From an uncultured Rikenellaceae bacterium (GTDB taxonomy: Bacteria > Bacteroidota > Bacteroidia > Bacteroidales > Tenuifilaceae), in contig CAZTVY010000001.1 of assembly GCA_964617235.1 (NCBI GenBank), positions 1 through 39,072 of the forward strand: a DNA stretch of 39,072 nucleotides, in the 5' to 3' direction. Below, piece by piece: positions 1-9,884 of this stretch; position 1 is the first letter of the stretch; every line of letters begins with the position of its first letter. A program made the translations under genes and the position numbers. Below the pieces are notes generated by a model, which did not search any database, was not told the origin of the DNA, and was given only the letters and a program-made list of their open reading frames with translations.

Positions 1-1
1 A

Positions 2-478
2 TTTCTTACCACAGATAGCATGGCAGTTCTATTTCTAAACCTATTTATGATTGCAGTACTTCCAGCCATTGGAGAAGAATTAATATTTAGGGGAATTATT
101 CAAAAGCACTTTGCAAATATTACAAAGAGTCAAATTTGGGGCATTATAATTTCCGCCTTAATATTTAGCGCATTTCATATGCAATTCAAAGGATTTATTC
201 CTCGTTTTGCACTGGGAGTAATGTTTGGGTTTATGTATACTTGGAGTGGAAGTATATGGCTGCCAATAATTGCCCATTTTGTAAACAACAGCATTGCAAC
301 CATTGGCTTTATGATGCTTGGCTCAGGTGCATTGGACTCAAAAGTAGAAGATGTTGGCGGATTAACCTACCTATGGCCGATAGGTTTAATTAGTCTTGTT
401 ACCGTTGCCATTTTGCTTATGAAATTGAAGGCGGAAAATGTTGAAGTTCAAAAACAAGAATTAGTAGGAGGAGAATAA
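2..478 (+). CDS. CPBP family intramembrane glutamic endopeptidase (Abi/CAAX protease-like), 5'-truncated by window edge
   Basis: Motifs GEELIFRG (EExxxR), FSAFH and AHFVNN in a hydrophobic protein. The frame is open from position 2, so the true start is probably upstream of the window. Confidence 0.85.
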   Translation, partial: FLTTDSMAVLFLNLFMIAVLPAIGEELIFRGIIQKHFANITKSQIWGIIISALIFSAFHMQFKGFIPRFALGVMFGFMYTWSGSIWLPIIAHFVNNSIATIGFMMLGSGALDSKVEDVGGLTYLWPIGLISLVTVAILLMKLKAENVEVQKQELVGGE

Positions 479-516
479 TTCCTCACAACCTTTTACGCAT
501 CAAAAAACACAATCAA

Positions 517-1251
517 TTAACTAAACAGGCTGGGTAGCGACCTATCAAGCAACTTTAGACCTTTTATTTCGTTTTTACGGTATACGTAAGTTAATCCGTA
601 CTCTGTTGCTTTGTCACGTCTTTCATCATCGGGTAATTCCGCATAGTTTGCCTCAACCTCGTTCCAGATGCTAAGAATTATTTCGTCTGCTTTAGTACGC
701 AAGGTATTTAACTCCTTAAGTGTTCGTTGAGTGTTCTGTTGAAGTATTTTTTGATGATTGTACGATTCAATAAACTGCTCGTAACGTACTTTTACAACAG
801 CGATTGTTGGGTTTGTGATTGGTGCTTGGTTTTTGCGCATTCGGGCCATTTCACCATCAATAATTTTCTTGCCCCACTCTATTAAATCCTTTTCAGTATT
901 TAAAGATGGAAGCCTCCCTTCGTCCAAATCCATTCCATATATCTCCCGTACTGTAGGCTGTAACTCTCCCCTATTAATGGCCATATTCAGAACCTGAATA
1001 AAGTGCGAAAGGTAAAGCTTGGCCTTCTTCATCAACTGTAAGTAATCTTTCCCTTTTTCAACCTGATGGTTGTATGCCGCCTTGTAGTGCGCCATCGCCT
1101 TCTCGAACGAATTTATAAATAGTTCAACCTTTGCAAAGGTACTTTGCGAGTAAGCTAACTGAAAGGGAGGTATTGATTTTCCCTTATCGTAAGCAGCCTT
1201 TAGAGCCCTAATCCTGGCGCTATCGGTGTTGGGTAAACGACGGTAAGGCAT
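517..1251 (-). CDS. Conserved Bacteroidota hypothetical protein (MPYRRLPNTD N-terminus, helical/coiled-coil)
   Basis: 244-aa ORF; N-terminus recognised as a recurrent Bacteroidota hypothetical family; function unknown. Confidence 0.75.
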   Translation of the reverse strand: MPYRRLPNTDSARIRALKAAYDKGKSIPPFQLAYSQSTFAKVELFINSFEKAMAHYKAAYNHQVEKGKDYLQLMKKAKLYLSHFIQVLNMAINRGELQPTVREIYGMDLDEGRLPSLNTEKDLIEWGKKIIDGEMARMRKNQAPITNPTIAVVKVRYEQFIESYNHQKILQQNTQRTLKELNTLRTKADEIILSIWNEVEANYAELPDDERRDKATEYGLTYVYRKNEIKGLKLLDRSLPSLFS

Positions 1252-1475
1252 ATTACATTTGTATTTGAAAGTTTATAACCTGTTTATGAAAGGCTTACAA
1301 CTTGCGAATATAAGTAATAATATTAAAAATGCAACTCTATTCGCAAATAACTTTATATTTTTGTTCTCTGATTGTTAGTTAGTTAACCTCAAAACAATTC
1401 AAAGTGCTTATTCTTGCTGATTTTCATGATGTTGTAGAATACAAAAAAAAAATAGCTGCGGAAATATATTTCTTT

Positions 1476-1483
1476 TACCTTTG
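1476..1483 (+). promoter_or_regulatory. Bacteroidota sigma-A -7 element (TACCTTTG) for kbl
   Basis: Matches TAnnTTTG, 28 nt upstream of the ATG at 1512. Confidence 0.6.
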
Positions 1484-1511
1484 TGTGCATCTGACAAAAA
1501 AATTCTGAACT

Positions 1512-2708
1512 ATGTACGGAAAAATAAAAGAAGACCTGCAAAAGCAGCTTGAATCTATAAAGAACGAGGGTTTATACAAAACCGAACGCATTATTAGTAC
1601 TCCTCAGGGAGTTGAGATTATGGCCAATGGCAAAAAAGTTCTCAACTTCTGCGCAAACAACTATTTAGGACTATCGTCGCACCCAAAGGTGATGGAGGCT
1701 GGCAAAAAGGCTCTTGAACAATGGGGCTTTGGTATGTCATCGGTTCGCTTTATTTGCGGAACGCAAAGTTTGCACAAAGAACTTGAAAACAAGATTAGTG
1801 AATTCCTTGGAACCGAGGATACAATTCTTTACTCCTCAGCTTTCGATGCAAATGGTGGAATTTTCGAGCCAGTGTTGGGCGAAGAGGATGCAATTATTTC
1901 CGATGAGCTGAACCACGCATCAATTATTGATGGAGTTAGACTTTGTAAAGCACAACGTTTCCGTTACAAGAATAATGATATGGCCGATTTGGAGCGCGTG
2001 CTTCAAGAGGCTTCAAAATGCCGTTACAAGATGATTGTTACCGATGGCGTTTTCTCTATGGACGGTATTATTGCTCAGGTTGATAAGGTTTGCGACCTAG
2101 CAGATAAGTACGATGCCATGGTAATGGTTGATGACTCACACGCTACAGGTTTTGTTGGTAAAACTGGTCGTGGTACTCACGAGTACTGCAATGCAATGGG
2201 TCGTGTTGATATTATCTCAACCACATTCGGTAAAGCATTAGGAGGAGCTTCGGGTGGATGTATCTCTGGCCGTAGAGAGATTGTTGATATGCTACGTCAG
2301 CGTTCACGTCCTTACCTATTCTCGAACTCATTAATGCCTTCAATTACTGGTGCAACTTTAGCTGTGCTAAATATGCTATCGGAAACCACCGAGCTTCGCG
2401 ATAAACTTTGGGAAAATACCGAGCTATTCCGCAAAGGAATGAAAGAGGCAGGGTTTAGAATTGTTGATGGTGTTCACCCAATTACCCCAGTGCTATTCGG
2501 TCATTTACCTAACGATGCAAAATTATCGCAGGAATTTGCTGCAGCATTGCTAGAGGAAGGAATTTACGTAATTGGTTTCTACTATCCTGTAGTTCCAAAG
2601 GGCAAAGCGCGTATCCGTGTTCAAATTAGTGCTGCACACAGCAAGGAGAACATTCTATTTGCCATTGAGAAGTTTACTAAGGTTGGAAAGAAACTGGGAG
2701 TGATTTAG
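1512..2708 (+). CDS. kbl: Glycine C-acetyltransferase (2-amino-3-ketobutyrate CoA ligase)
   Basis: [40 protein letters not shown]-lysine motif [12 protein letters not shown] and [11 protein letters not shown]. Confidence 0.95.
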   Translation: MYGKIKEDLQKQLESIKNEGLYKTERIISTPQGVEIMANGKKVLNFCANNYLGLSSHPKVMEAGKKALEQWGFGMSSVRFICGTQSLHKELENKISEFLGTEDTILYSSAFDANGGIFEPVLGEEDAIISDELNHASIIDGVRLCKAQRFRYKNNDMADLERVLQEASKCRYKMIVTDGVFSMDGIIAQVDKVCDLADKYDAMVMVDDSHATGFVGKTGRGTHEYCNAMGRVDIISTTFGKALGGASGGCISGRREIVDMLRQRSRPYLFSNSLMPSITGATLAVLNMLSETTELRDKLWENTELFRKGMKEAGFRIVDGVHPITPVLFGHLPNDAKLSQEFAAALLEEGIYVIGFYYPVVPKGKARIRVQISAAHSKENILFAIEKFTKVGKKLGVI

Positions 2709-2732
2709 AGTAATTGGAAACCATATAAAGCA

Positions 2733-2761
2733 AAAAGCGCAAAATTGAATTTTGCGCTTTT
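2733..2761. terminator. Bidirectional intrinsic terminator
   Basis: Perfect inverted repeat AAAAGCGCAAAATT-G-AATTTTGCGCTTTT between convergent kbl and the sensor gene. Confidence 0.8.
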
Positions 2762-2783
2762 ATCATTTACGAATATCTTGTTT

Positions 2784-5078
2784 CTATAAGATATTTGTTA
2801 TATCAGTAGCAATTTTCAGAACCTTATAAACATCTCCGTGTTGGTCGAAAATTGGGGTATAGGTTTCGAGTAAAATAAACTCTTCACCCTTAATGGCTAG
2901 TTTTGTTTTACGTTTCTTAATCATACCCTTCATTAAATCGCTCCAGAATTTGCTATAATCGCCCTTATCGGTATCGGACATAACAATTCCATCGGTATGA
3001 TGCATTCCAATTACGTCATCGCGCTTTGCACCAATAAGTTTTAAATAGCCCTCATTGATAGAGGTAACAAAACCATTAATATCGTACTCCATAACAAACG
3101 ATGAAGCGTTCAATGCACTAACCAAACCCTCAAGTTCAAAGGTTTTGCGGGCCGCTTCCTCCTGTGTAGCTTGAAGTTCCTCCATATTCTGGCGCATCTC
3201 TTCCTCTTGAGCGGCCATCATTTCTGCTTGCTCCTTGGATTTCATGAATAGTTCGGCTGTTAAGGCATTAACCTTAACAGAATGCAATGTTGTTGCTATG
3301 CTTTTTGCAAGTTCGCGTACAAAGCCGATCTCGTGATCCTGAAATTTTCTTAACGATGCAATTTCAATAACACCCATTACCTGCTCCTCGGTAATAAGAG
3401 GAATCAAGAATAAGAAGTTTGGATTAGATTCGCCTAACCCAGATGTAATCTCAATGTATTCCTGAGGAATCTCTGTAAGCATAACAATGTCGCGCTCGGC
3501 TGCACAAGCTCCAATTAATCCCTCTGCAAAGTGGTATGATTTGTTGAGGAATCGCTTTCTATCATAAGCAAATGCGGAAACCATATCGAAAGTTTTATCG
3601 TTAGTTTCCTTATTCTCATTAAGTATAAAAATTCCGCCAATTGAAGCATTCAGATACCAAACTAGGTTTTTGGTAATTTCGTCGCAAAGCAGGCTTAAAT
3701 TATCGTTGTTTTGACGAAGAATATCTCCAAACTTTGCAAGACCCTCATTAACCCATTTTTTCTTCTCCTCTTCAATTTTACGATTCTCCTCCTCAACTCT
3801 TGCATACTTAAGGTTATCGCGCATTTCAATTAACGATTTACCCAACAAATCCTCGTTACTCAATAACTCTACTCTAGCCTCAAGATTTCCAGAACCAATT
3901 TCACGGGCAAATTCTGTTTTTGCATTAATACCTTTTATTGATTCAGTTAGAGCATCGGCCATTATGGCTATTTCATCGCCAGTGTTAAGTTTTATGCCCA
4001 TGCTCTTATCGATTTTTCCTTTAGCAACTTCTTGAAGCAATTCGGTAATCTTTTTAACAGGAATTGTTATGCTATTAGTAACAATAAAAATGATTACAAT
4101 AAGTACTAAAAGACCAATAAAACCAATAAGAATGCTCAAATTATAGTTTCTGTTTGCATCGGCCATTATGTCGTTTATGGGCACTACTATACCAACAGCC
4201 CAAGGTGTGCCTGTATTGCCAATATTTATAGGCGCTACAGAATAATACATTCGTTCACCATTGCTATTGTTTGTTATGAAGTTGAAAGTTTTACCCTTCT
4301 GGATGTTATTGAGAAAATTGAATGTTCTATCCAACTCTGGTAGTTTTTCCTTAATATTTTTCTTAAAAATAGATGTATCGGGGTGAGCCACAAAGTTACC
4401 ACCATGCGAAATCAAAAATGCGTAACTATTAGGGTAGGGTTTAATTTCACCAACGATTTCCTGAAAACGTGTTAATATTAAGTCTGCACCAACCAATCCA
4501 ATAAACTTACCATTCTCAAGAAACGGCGAAGAGAGGGTGGTCATCATTTGTCCCTCCTGAAGAGCCGAAGAGTAAGGTTCAACAATAATCTCTTTGGCAA
4601 CACTTTTCATATGGCCATAGGTTGGAGGGTCGCCAGCCAAACTTCTTATTTCACTTTTTGATGATATTACCCCATTGCGCTTATATACGATGTAGAAATG
4701 TCTGCCGTAGGGTTTATCCCACTTGGGATCTAAATTGCTTAACTCCCAGCTATCCCAAATCGCATCAACGTGGGTTGTTGTTTGCATTACCCTGTTGTAC
4801 ATTGGGTATATCAACTCCTGCCATTTATCAAATGGAAGTTGCTTGTACTCCATAAATGCATGAGACATAGTTCGCATAACAGCAAAATCCTGGTTAAGTA
4901 GTCCCTCAATATTCAGGGCATATTGCCGTGCATAGCTATCGGTTAGTTTTATTGATTGGTCATAGGCAATTCGCCTTGCCGATGAACTGATGAAAAAGAA
5001 TATTACTGCAAAAAGCAATACGGCTACACCTAGTATGTAAACCAAAATTTTCTGACGAATATTCATTTTTATCTTCAT
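2784..5078 (-). CDS. Membrane sensor protein, TM-dCache-TM-HAMP-GAF-coiled coil-PAS, with no recognisable output domain
   Basis: Two TM helices flank a periplasmic Cache-like region (EPY...SPF...GKFIGLVGADL; YAFLIS..G.FVAHPD). HAMP (TIPVKKI...GDEIA), GAF (GEGLIGACA; IPL...VMGVIEIAS), QEEEMRQNMEELQATQEE coil and C-terminal PAS/PAC (ETYTPIFD...KVLKIATDIT). ATG at 5078 preferred over TTG at 5111. Confidence 0.8.
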   Translation of the reverse strand: MKIKMNIRQKILVYILGVAVLLFAVIFFFISSSARRIAYDQSIKLTDSYARQYALNIEGLLNQDFAVMRTMSHAFMEYKQLPFDKWQELIYPMYNRVMQTTTHVDAIWDSWELSNLDPKWDKPYGRHFYIVYKRNGVISSKSEIRSLAGDPPTYGHMKSVAKEIIVEPYSSALQEGQMMTTLSSPFLENGKFIGLVGADLILTRFQEIVGEIKPYPNSYAFLISHGGNFVAHPDTSIFKKNIKEKLPELDRTFNFLNNIQKGKTFNFITNNSNGERMYYSVAPINIGNTGTPWAVGIVVPINDIMADANRNYNLSILIGFIGLLVLIVIIFIVTNSITIPVKKITELLQEVAKGKIDKSMGIKLNTGDEIAIMADALTESIKGINAKTEFAREIGSGNLEARVELLSNEDLLGKSLIEMRDNLKYARVEEENRKIEEEKKKWVNEGLAKFGDILRQNNDNLSLLCDEITKNLVWYLNASIGGIFILNENKETNDKTFDMVSAFAYDRKRFLNKSYHFAEGLIGACAAERDIVMLTEIPQEYIEITSGLGESNPNFLFLIPLITEEQVMGVIEIASLRKFQDHEIGFVRELAKSIATTLHSVKVNALTAELFMKSKEQAEMMAAQEEEMRQNMEELQATQEEAARKTFELEGLVSALNASSFVMEYDINGFVTSINEGYLKLIGAKRDDVIGMHHTDGIVMSDTDKGDYSKFWSDLMKGMIKKRKTKLAIKGEEFILLETYTPIFDQHGDVYKVLKIATDITNIL

Positions 5079-5195
5079 AACCGAGAGTTGAAAGTTTGTG
5101 GAAAAAATCAAGTTATAAACTTAAGAAAAAACAAATATAAAAAACATTTAAGAGTCTACTTTATGTTGATAAGAAGAAAAAAAAAGAAAAACCCA

Positions 5196-5225
5196 TTTGT
5201 ATTGAACTTTAACATTGTATATTTG
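5196..5225 (+). promoter_or_regulatory. Sigma-A promoter (-33 TTTG, -7 TATATTTG) for the histidine kinase
   Basis: TTTG at 5196-5199, 18-nt spacer, TATATTTG at 5218-5225; supports the ATG at 5250 as the real start. Confidence 0.6.
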
Positions 5226-5249
5226 AGGAGTTTAAAAAAGCCTTTAAGT

Positions 5250-6452
5250 ATGCTCGGTAGAAATAACGCTGAAATTGAGCAGCGTGTTGATATTCTAAAG
5301 TCTATTCTTCTGTTTAAGGAGGTAGATAAGTCTGTTTTAACCAAAATGGCCAAGGAGTTATCCCAAAAGAAACTTGATAAAGATGAAGTTTTATTTCGAA
5401 AGGGCGACCACGATTACGCTTTATACATTGTGGTTAACGGAAAGGTTAAGGCACATATCGAGAATCATACCTTTGCAACCTTTGGCTCTCTTCAGTACTT
5501 TGGAGAGTACTCTTTGCTCGACTCATCGGCTCGTTCAACATCAGTTACTGCGCTGGAAACATCGAACCTCCTTCGTTTAGACCAGTCTCATTTTTTTAAA
5601 TTTCTCGATACAATTCCTTCGCTTTCCCGAGCAATGCTTTTAGGATTAGTATGGCGATTACGCGATTACAATATACTAGAGGCTGAACTTACTGCTAAAA
5701 ATCTAGAAATTAAGAAACAAAAGGAGGAGCTCGAAATCCAGCGTAAGGAATTAGAGGCCTTAAATCAAACCAAGGATAAGTTTTTTGCCATTATTGCTCA
5801 CGATTTACGTAACCCTTTTAGCACAGTGCTCAGTTTATCGGAGCTTTTAGCCAAGGAATTTGATACTTTTGAGCCCGATAAAATGCAGGTTTTCATTGAG
5901 CAGATATATAAGTACTCTAACAATACCTTTAATCTTCTTGAAAACCTATTACAATGGTCGTTATTACAAACAGGCAGAACTGTTTTGCGCGCCAAAAATG
6001 GCAATATTGGCGATTTCATTAATGAGAATATCGAATTGCTTAAGGGTAATGCATTGCAAAAAAAGATTGAGCTTGTATGGATTAATCCAATGGATTGCTA
6101 TGCGTTTTTCGACTATAATATGATTACCACGGTAATCCGAAACCTAATTAGTAACGCCATTAAGTTTACTCCCGAAAATGGACGTATTGTTGTTGAAGTA
6201 ACTGCCGACCCAGAAAAGTACAAAATTTCCGTTCGCGATAATGGTCTTGGAATATCTGCCGAAGACCAAGCAAAACTATTCCGTATAGACTCTAACCCAT
6301 CAACAATTGGTACTTCGCAGGAACGAGGAACGGGTTTAGGATTGATTCTTTGCCGAGATTTTGTTGAGAAAAACGGTGGAAAAATTGGCGTGGATAGTGA
6401 AATTGGAAAAGGTTCAACCTTCTACTTTACCGTTCCAAAATTTCAAAACTAG
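5250..6452 (+). CDS. Cytoplasmic sensor histidine kinase with N-terminal cyclic-nucleotide-binding domain
   Basis: cNMP domain (LFRKGD...LYIVVNG.V; FGEYSLLDSSARSTSV), H-box IIAHDLRNP, N-box NLISNAIKFT, G1 DNGLGI, G2 GTGLGL. The first 54 codons of the ORF-track call overlap the promoter and are probably untranslated. Confidence 0.9.
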   Translation: MLGRNNAEIEQRVDILKSILLFKEVDKSVLTKMAKELSQKKLDKDEVLFRKGDHDYALYIVVNGKVKAHIENHTFATFGSLQYFGEYSLLDSSARSTSVTALETSNLLRLDQSHFFKFLDTIPSLSRAMLLGLVWRLRDYNILEAELTAKNLEIKKQKEELEIQRKELEALNQTKDKFFAIIAHDLRNPFSTVLSLSELLAKEFDTFEPDKMQVFIEQIYKYSNNTFNLLENLLQWSLLQTGRTVLRAKNGNIGDFINENIELLKGNALQKKIELVWINPMDCYAFFDYNMITTVIRNLISNAIKFTPENGRIVVEVTADPEKYKISVRDNGLGISAEDQAKLFRIDSNPSTIGTSQERGTGLGLILCRDFVEKNGGKIGVDSEIGKGSTFYFTVPKFQN

Positions 6453-6457
6453 GAGTA

Positions 6458-7555
6458 ATGCAAATTGCCATTCTTGGCACTAGAGGTATCCCAAACCATT
6501 ATGGTGGTTTTGAGCGTTTTGCCGAAGTCATTTCAGCGCTGTTTGTTAATTCTGGCCATGTTGTTTATGTGCTTTCTCCCTCAACCACTAACAGAATAGA
6601 ATATACTGATAATGGAGTAGCTATAGTAAGTATTAAAATTGCCGAATGGTTACCAAAAAACCTGCAAACACTCCTATACGATTACAAATCGCTCAGGTGG
6701 GCTTCTCGAAACAATATCGATATTATTCTGGAGTGTGGCTATTCCTTTGCTTTTTGGATTTTGCTCTTCAAAAAAGATTTTCGAAATAGAATATTCACAA
6801 ACCCCGATGGTGTAGAGTTTAAACGGAAAAAATGGGGATTTCTAGCAAAACTATTCTTAATGGTTTGTGAACGCCTGTCGGTTAAATACTCAAAAGCCAT
6901 TGTGTGCGACAGCCCTGTTTTGGCCAACTACTTTGAGCAGAAATACAAAATTAAGCCAAACGTTATACCCTATGGGGCATACCCCATTTCAGAGGCCTCC
7001 GACCGAGGCATTCTCAGCGAGTATAAAGTTAATTCTGATTACTTTCTTGTTGTCTCAAGGTTTACCCCCGAAAATAGCCTTGAGCAAATTCTTAGTTGTT
7101 TTAGTCATAATCAAAAACCGTTACTGGTGGTGGGCAATTTCAACAATCGTTTTGGTATGAAATGCTACAATAAGTATGGCAATTACCCTAATATTAAATT
7201 TCTAGGAGGTATCTACAACCAATCTCATCTCAATGCTCTACGATATTACTCCAAAGCCTATATTCATGGCCATAGCGTTGGAGGAACCAACCCTTCCTTG
7301 TTGGAAGCCATGGCCAGTAAATGTTTTATTATTGCGCACAATAATGATTACAATAGATTTGTTCTTAACAATAAAGGATTCTACTTTTCCTCTGAAACAG
7401 AATTGTATAATTGCATTATGAAACTAGATAGAATGGATAGTTCGAGTATAGAAAGCGTTAAAATCGATTTCATTAATAGAATTTCAAGCGATTTTAAATG
7501 GGGCTCTGTTTCCGATGAGTATATCAGAATTTTTAATCAACTTAAAAACTCATAA
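6458..7555 (+). CDS. GT4 family glycosyltransferase with DUF1972 N-terminus (WchF/Cps2T rhamnosyltransferase-like)
   Basis: IAILGTRGIPNHYGGFE, NPDGVEFKRKKW, VSRFTPEN and HGHSVGGTNPSLLEAMA. Confidence 0.88.
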   Translation: MQIAILGTRGIPNHYGGFERFAEVISALFVNSGHVVYVLSPSTTNRIEYTDNGVAIVSIKIAEWLPKNLQTLLYDYKSLRWASRNNIDIILECGYSFAFWILLFKKDFRNRIFTNPDGVEFKRKKWGFLAKLFLMVCERLSVKYSKAIVCDSPVLANYFEQKYKIKPNVIPYGAYPISEASDRGILSEYKVNSDYFLVVSRFTPENSLEQILSCFSHNQKPLLVVGNFNNRFGMKCYNKYGNYPNIKFLGGIYNQSHLNALRYYSKAYIHGHSVGGTNPSLLEAMASKCFIIAHNNDYNRFVLNNKGFYFSSETELYNCIMKLDRMDSSSIESVKIDFINRISSDFKWGSVSDEYIRIFNQLKNS

Positions 7556-7559
7556 TTAG

Positions 7560-7838
7560 ATGCTTACGGTAGTAATTATAATGATTTCAGGGATTTTAGT
7601 TGGTTACCTAATTCGCTCCTTCGGTAAATTCGTAAAGTTTAACGATAAACTTACGACCTGGGCAATTTATGCTTTGCTTTTTCTAATGGGAATTGGCATT
7701 GGTGCCAATAAGGTTATTATGAATTCCCTTCATACTCTTGGTTTTAAGGCGCTAATTATATCGATTGGTGGAGTTGCAGGAAGCATCCTTTTAGGATGGT
7801 TAACTTATAGGGTTTTCTTTAAAAAAAGCGAGCAATGA
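7560..7838 (+). CDS. LysO family (DUF340) transporter, small subunit (N-terminal half)
   Basis: Three hydrophobic helices with LLFLMGIGIG; 4-nt ATGA overlap with the next gene. Confidence 0.8.
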   Translation: MLTVVIIMISGILVGYLIRSFGKFVKFNDKLTTWAIYALLFLMGIGIGANKVIMNSLHTLGFKALIISIGGVAGSILLGWLTYRVFFKKSEQ

Positions 7839-8437
7839 AAGGGAGTTTAATTATTCTTGGATTCTTCTCATTGGGAATTCTTATTGGAGCGTACGATATA
7901 ACTCCAAGTTTTTTGCTGGAAACAGACTATAGCCAGTACGCGCTTTACGTTTTGATGTTCCTTGTTGGTATTGGTATTGGCTCCGACCCCAAGGCTCTGC
8001 AAGCAATAAAAGCTATGAATTTCAAAATTTTGCTTATTCCGTTAACCACCATTATTGGCACTGCAATTGGAATGATAGTTATTATTCCTTTACTCGAGGG
8101 TGTTAACCTAAAGGAGGCAATGGCCGTTGGGGCTGGCTACGGCTATTACAGCTTGTCGAGTTTAATCATAAAGGACATGCATAGCGAGTGGCTTGGGGTT
8201 GTGGCTTTGTTAGCGAATGTTATCAGGGAGATTATTACATTGCTGATGGCTCCAATGTTTGCTATAATTTTCGGTAAAATTGCCCCAATTTGCTCAGGTG
8301 GAGCAACTAGTATGGATACGACTTTACCAATAATTTCGAATGCATCGGGTAAGGAGTATGCAATTCCATCGCTGGTTCACGGAATTGTGCTAACAATTCT
8401 AGTTCCGTTTATTGTTACCTTTCTACTAAAGCTTTAA
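7835..8437 (+). CDS. lysO: LysO family lysine exporter, large subunit
   Basis: G.GYYSLSS, LANVIRE and GGATSMDTTLPII motifs. Confidence 0.85.
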   Translation: MKGSLIILGFFSLGILIGAYDITPSFLLETDYSQYALYVLMFLVGIGIGSDPKALQAIKAMNFKILLIPLTTIIGTAIGMIVIIPLLEGVNLKEAMAVGAGYGYYSLSSLIIKDMHSEWLGVVALLANVIREIITLLMAPMFAIIFGKIAPICSGGATSMDTTLPIISNASGKEYAIPSLVHGIVLTILVPFIVTFLLKL

Positions 8438-8444
8438 AACAAGA

Positions 8445-8468
8445 AATGATTGGCTTTTGCCAATCATT
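8445..8468. terminator. Bidirectional intrinsic terminator
   Basis: AATGATTGGC-TTTT-GCCAATCATT 10-bp stem between convergent lysO and ALDH. Confidence 0.75.
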
Positions 8469-8473
8469 CTCTT

Positions 8474-9859
8474 TTAGTTAAATATAAATTTTGCAAGTTT
8501 GAATTTCCTTTCGTTGTAAGGTGCATAGCGTAAAGTCGGGTCAATTATGGTGGATGTTTTAATTACGCTCTTCATATGCGAAAAGGTCTCAAAGCTACGC
8601 TTTCCATGGTAACTACCCATTCCGCTATTTCCAACGCCTCCAAAAGGAAGCTTTGGATTTACCAGATGCACAAGAGCATTGTTTATTGAGCCACCACCAA
8701 ACTCAACATTCGAAAGAATATATCTCTCAATTGACTTACTCTCAGTAAATAGATATAGCGCTAATGGATATCTATTCTTTCTGATAATTGGCAAAACATC
8801 CTCAATATTCCTGTAGGTTATAATTGGTAGGATTGGTCCAAAAATTTCCTCCTGCATTAATTTATCCTCAAAACTCACACTGTCAATTAAGGTTGGCTCA
8901 ATATAGTTTTGGGATTCATCAAACCTTCCACCGTGAATTATTCTACCTTCCTTGAGGTATTCCTTTAGTACATTGAATCGTCGACTATTAACAATATGGG
9001 TAAAATTCTCGCTAGTAGATGGGTCGTCGCCAAGGAACTGAACAATAGTTTTACGCATCAAATCAACAAATACATCTTTCACACTCTCATGAACCAATAA
9101 GTAATCGGGTGATACGCAGGTTTGCCCTGCATTGAAGAACTTTGCCCAAATTAAACGTTGTGCCGAGATTTTTAGGTTGGCATCGGAGTGTACAATTGCA
9201 GGACTTTTACCTCCGAGTTCAAGGGTTACTGGGGTTAGATGCTTTGCCGCCATAGCCATAATTTCTTTACCAACATTCGGACTTCCTGTAAAGAATATGT
9301 GATTAAATGCATACTTATCTATAAGCATAGGCCCAACCATTGCGCCGGGACCTTGAATTACCGAAACAAAATTTGGCGAAAAAGTCTTAGCGATTATTTT
9401 TCCAATTACCTGTGCGGTATTCTTAGTATTATCCGAGGGTTTTATAATTGCACAGTTACCCGCAGCAATTGCTCCCACTAAGGGATTAATTAACAGTTGA
9501 AATGGATAATTCCAAGGGCCAATTATCAGAACAACACCCAAAGGCTCTGGGTATATTTTTGATGTGCTTGGATGAATTACAACTGGAGTTGATACCTTTT
9601 TGTGCTTCATCCATTTTTTTAAGTTCCTTAACGCAAAATCAATCTCATCGTAAACAATACCAATTTCACTAGTGAAGGCCTCAAACTTTGGCTTATGCAT
9701 ATCCTTGTAAAGGGCATTGAGAATTTCGGTTTCGCTTTCAACAATTGCTTTCCTCAGCGCTTTTAGCTGCGCAACTCTAAATTCGTAACTTTTCGTATTT
9801 CCCGAATCAAAAAACTCCCGTTTCAATTCGAATGCCTCTTTAATTATATTTTCGTCCAT
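8474..9859 (-). CDS. Aldehyde dehydrogenase (ALDH3-like, fatty/aromatic aldehyde)
   Basis: PWNYPFQL, FTGS, LELGGKSP (catalytic Glu), NAGQTCVSPDY (catalytic Cys), EEIFGPILP and PFGGVGNSGMG. Confidence 0.93.
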   Translation of the reverse strand: MDENIIKEAFELKREFFDSGNTKSYEFRVAQLKALRKAIVESETEILNALYKDMHKPKFEAFTSEIGIVYDEIDFALRNLKKWMKHKKVSTPVVIHPSTSKIYPEPLGVVLIIGPWNYPFQLLINPLVGAIAAGNCAIIKPSDNTKNTAQVIGKIIAKTFSPNFVSVIQGPGAMVGPMLIDKYAFNHIFFTGSPNVGKEIMAMAAKHLTPVTLELGGKSPAIVHSDANLKISAQRLIWAKFFNAGQTCVSPDYLLVHESVKDVFVDLMRKTIVQFLGDDPSTSENFTHIVNSRRFNVLKEYLKEGRIIHGGRFDESQNYIEPTLIDSVSFEDKLMQEEIFGPILPIITYRNIEDVLPIIRKNRYPLALYLFTESKSIERYILSNVEFGGGSINNALVHLVNPKLPFGGVGNSGMGSYHGKRSFETFSHMKSVIKTSTIIDPTLRYAPYNERKFKLAKFIFN

Positions 9860-9884
9860 AACTCTTCTTTAATTGATTACTGAC

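Noticed and set aside
1443-1452. A10 tract upstream of kbl (and A9 at 5177-5185) as phase-variation sites
   Set aside because: Poly-A runs are expected in AT-rich intergenic DNA, lie outside the promoter spacer, and show no evidence of variation.
5088-5249. Lys-rich N-terminal extension of the kinase overlapping the receptor ORF
   Set aside because: Translates A-rich promoter DNA; the promoter at 5196-5225 supports a start at 5250.
7560-8437. lysO in two ORFs as a frameshifted pseudogene
   Set aside because: A two-gene LysO arrangement with ATGA coupling is usual in Bacteroidota.
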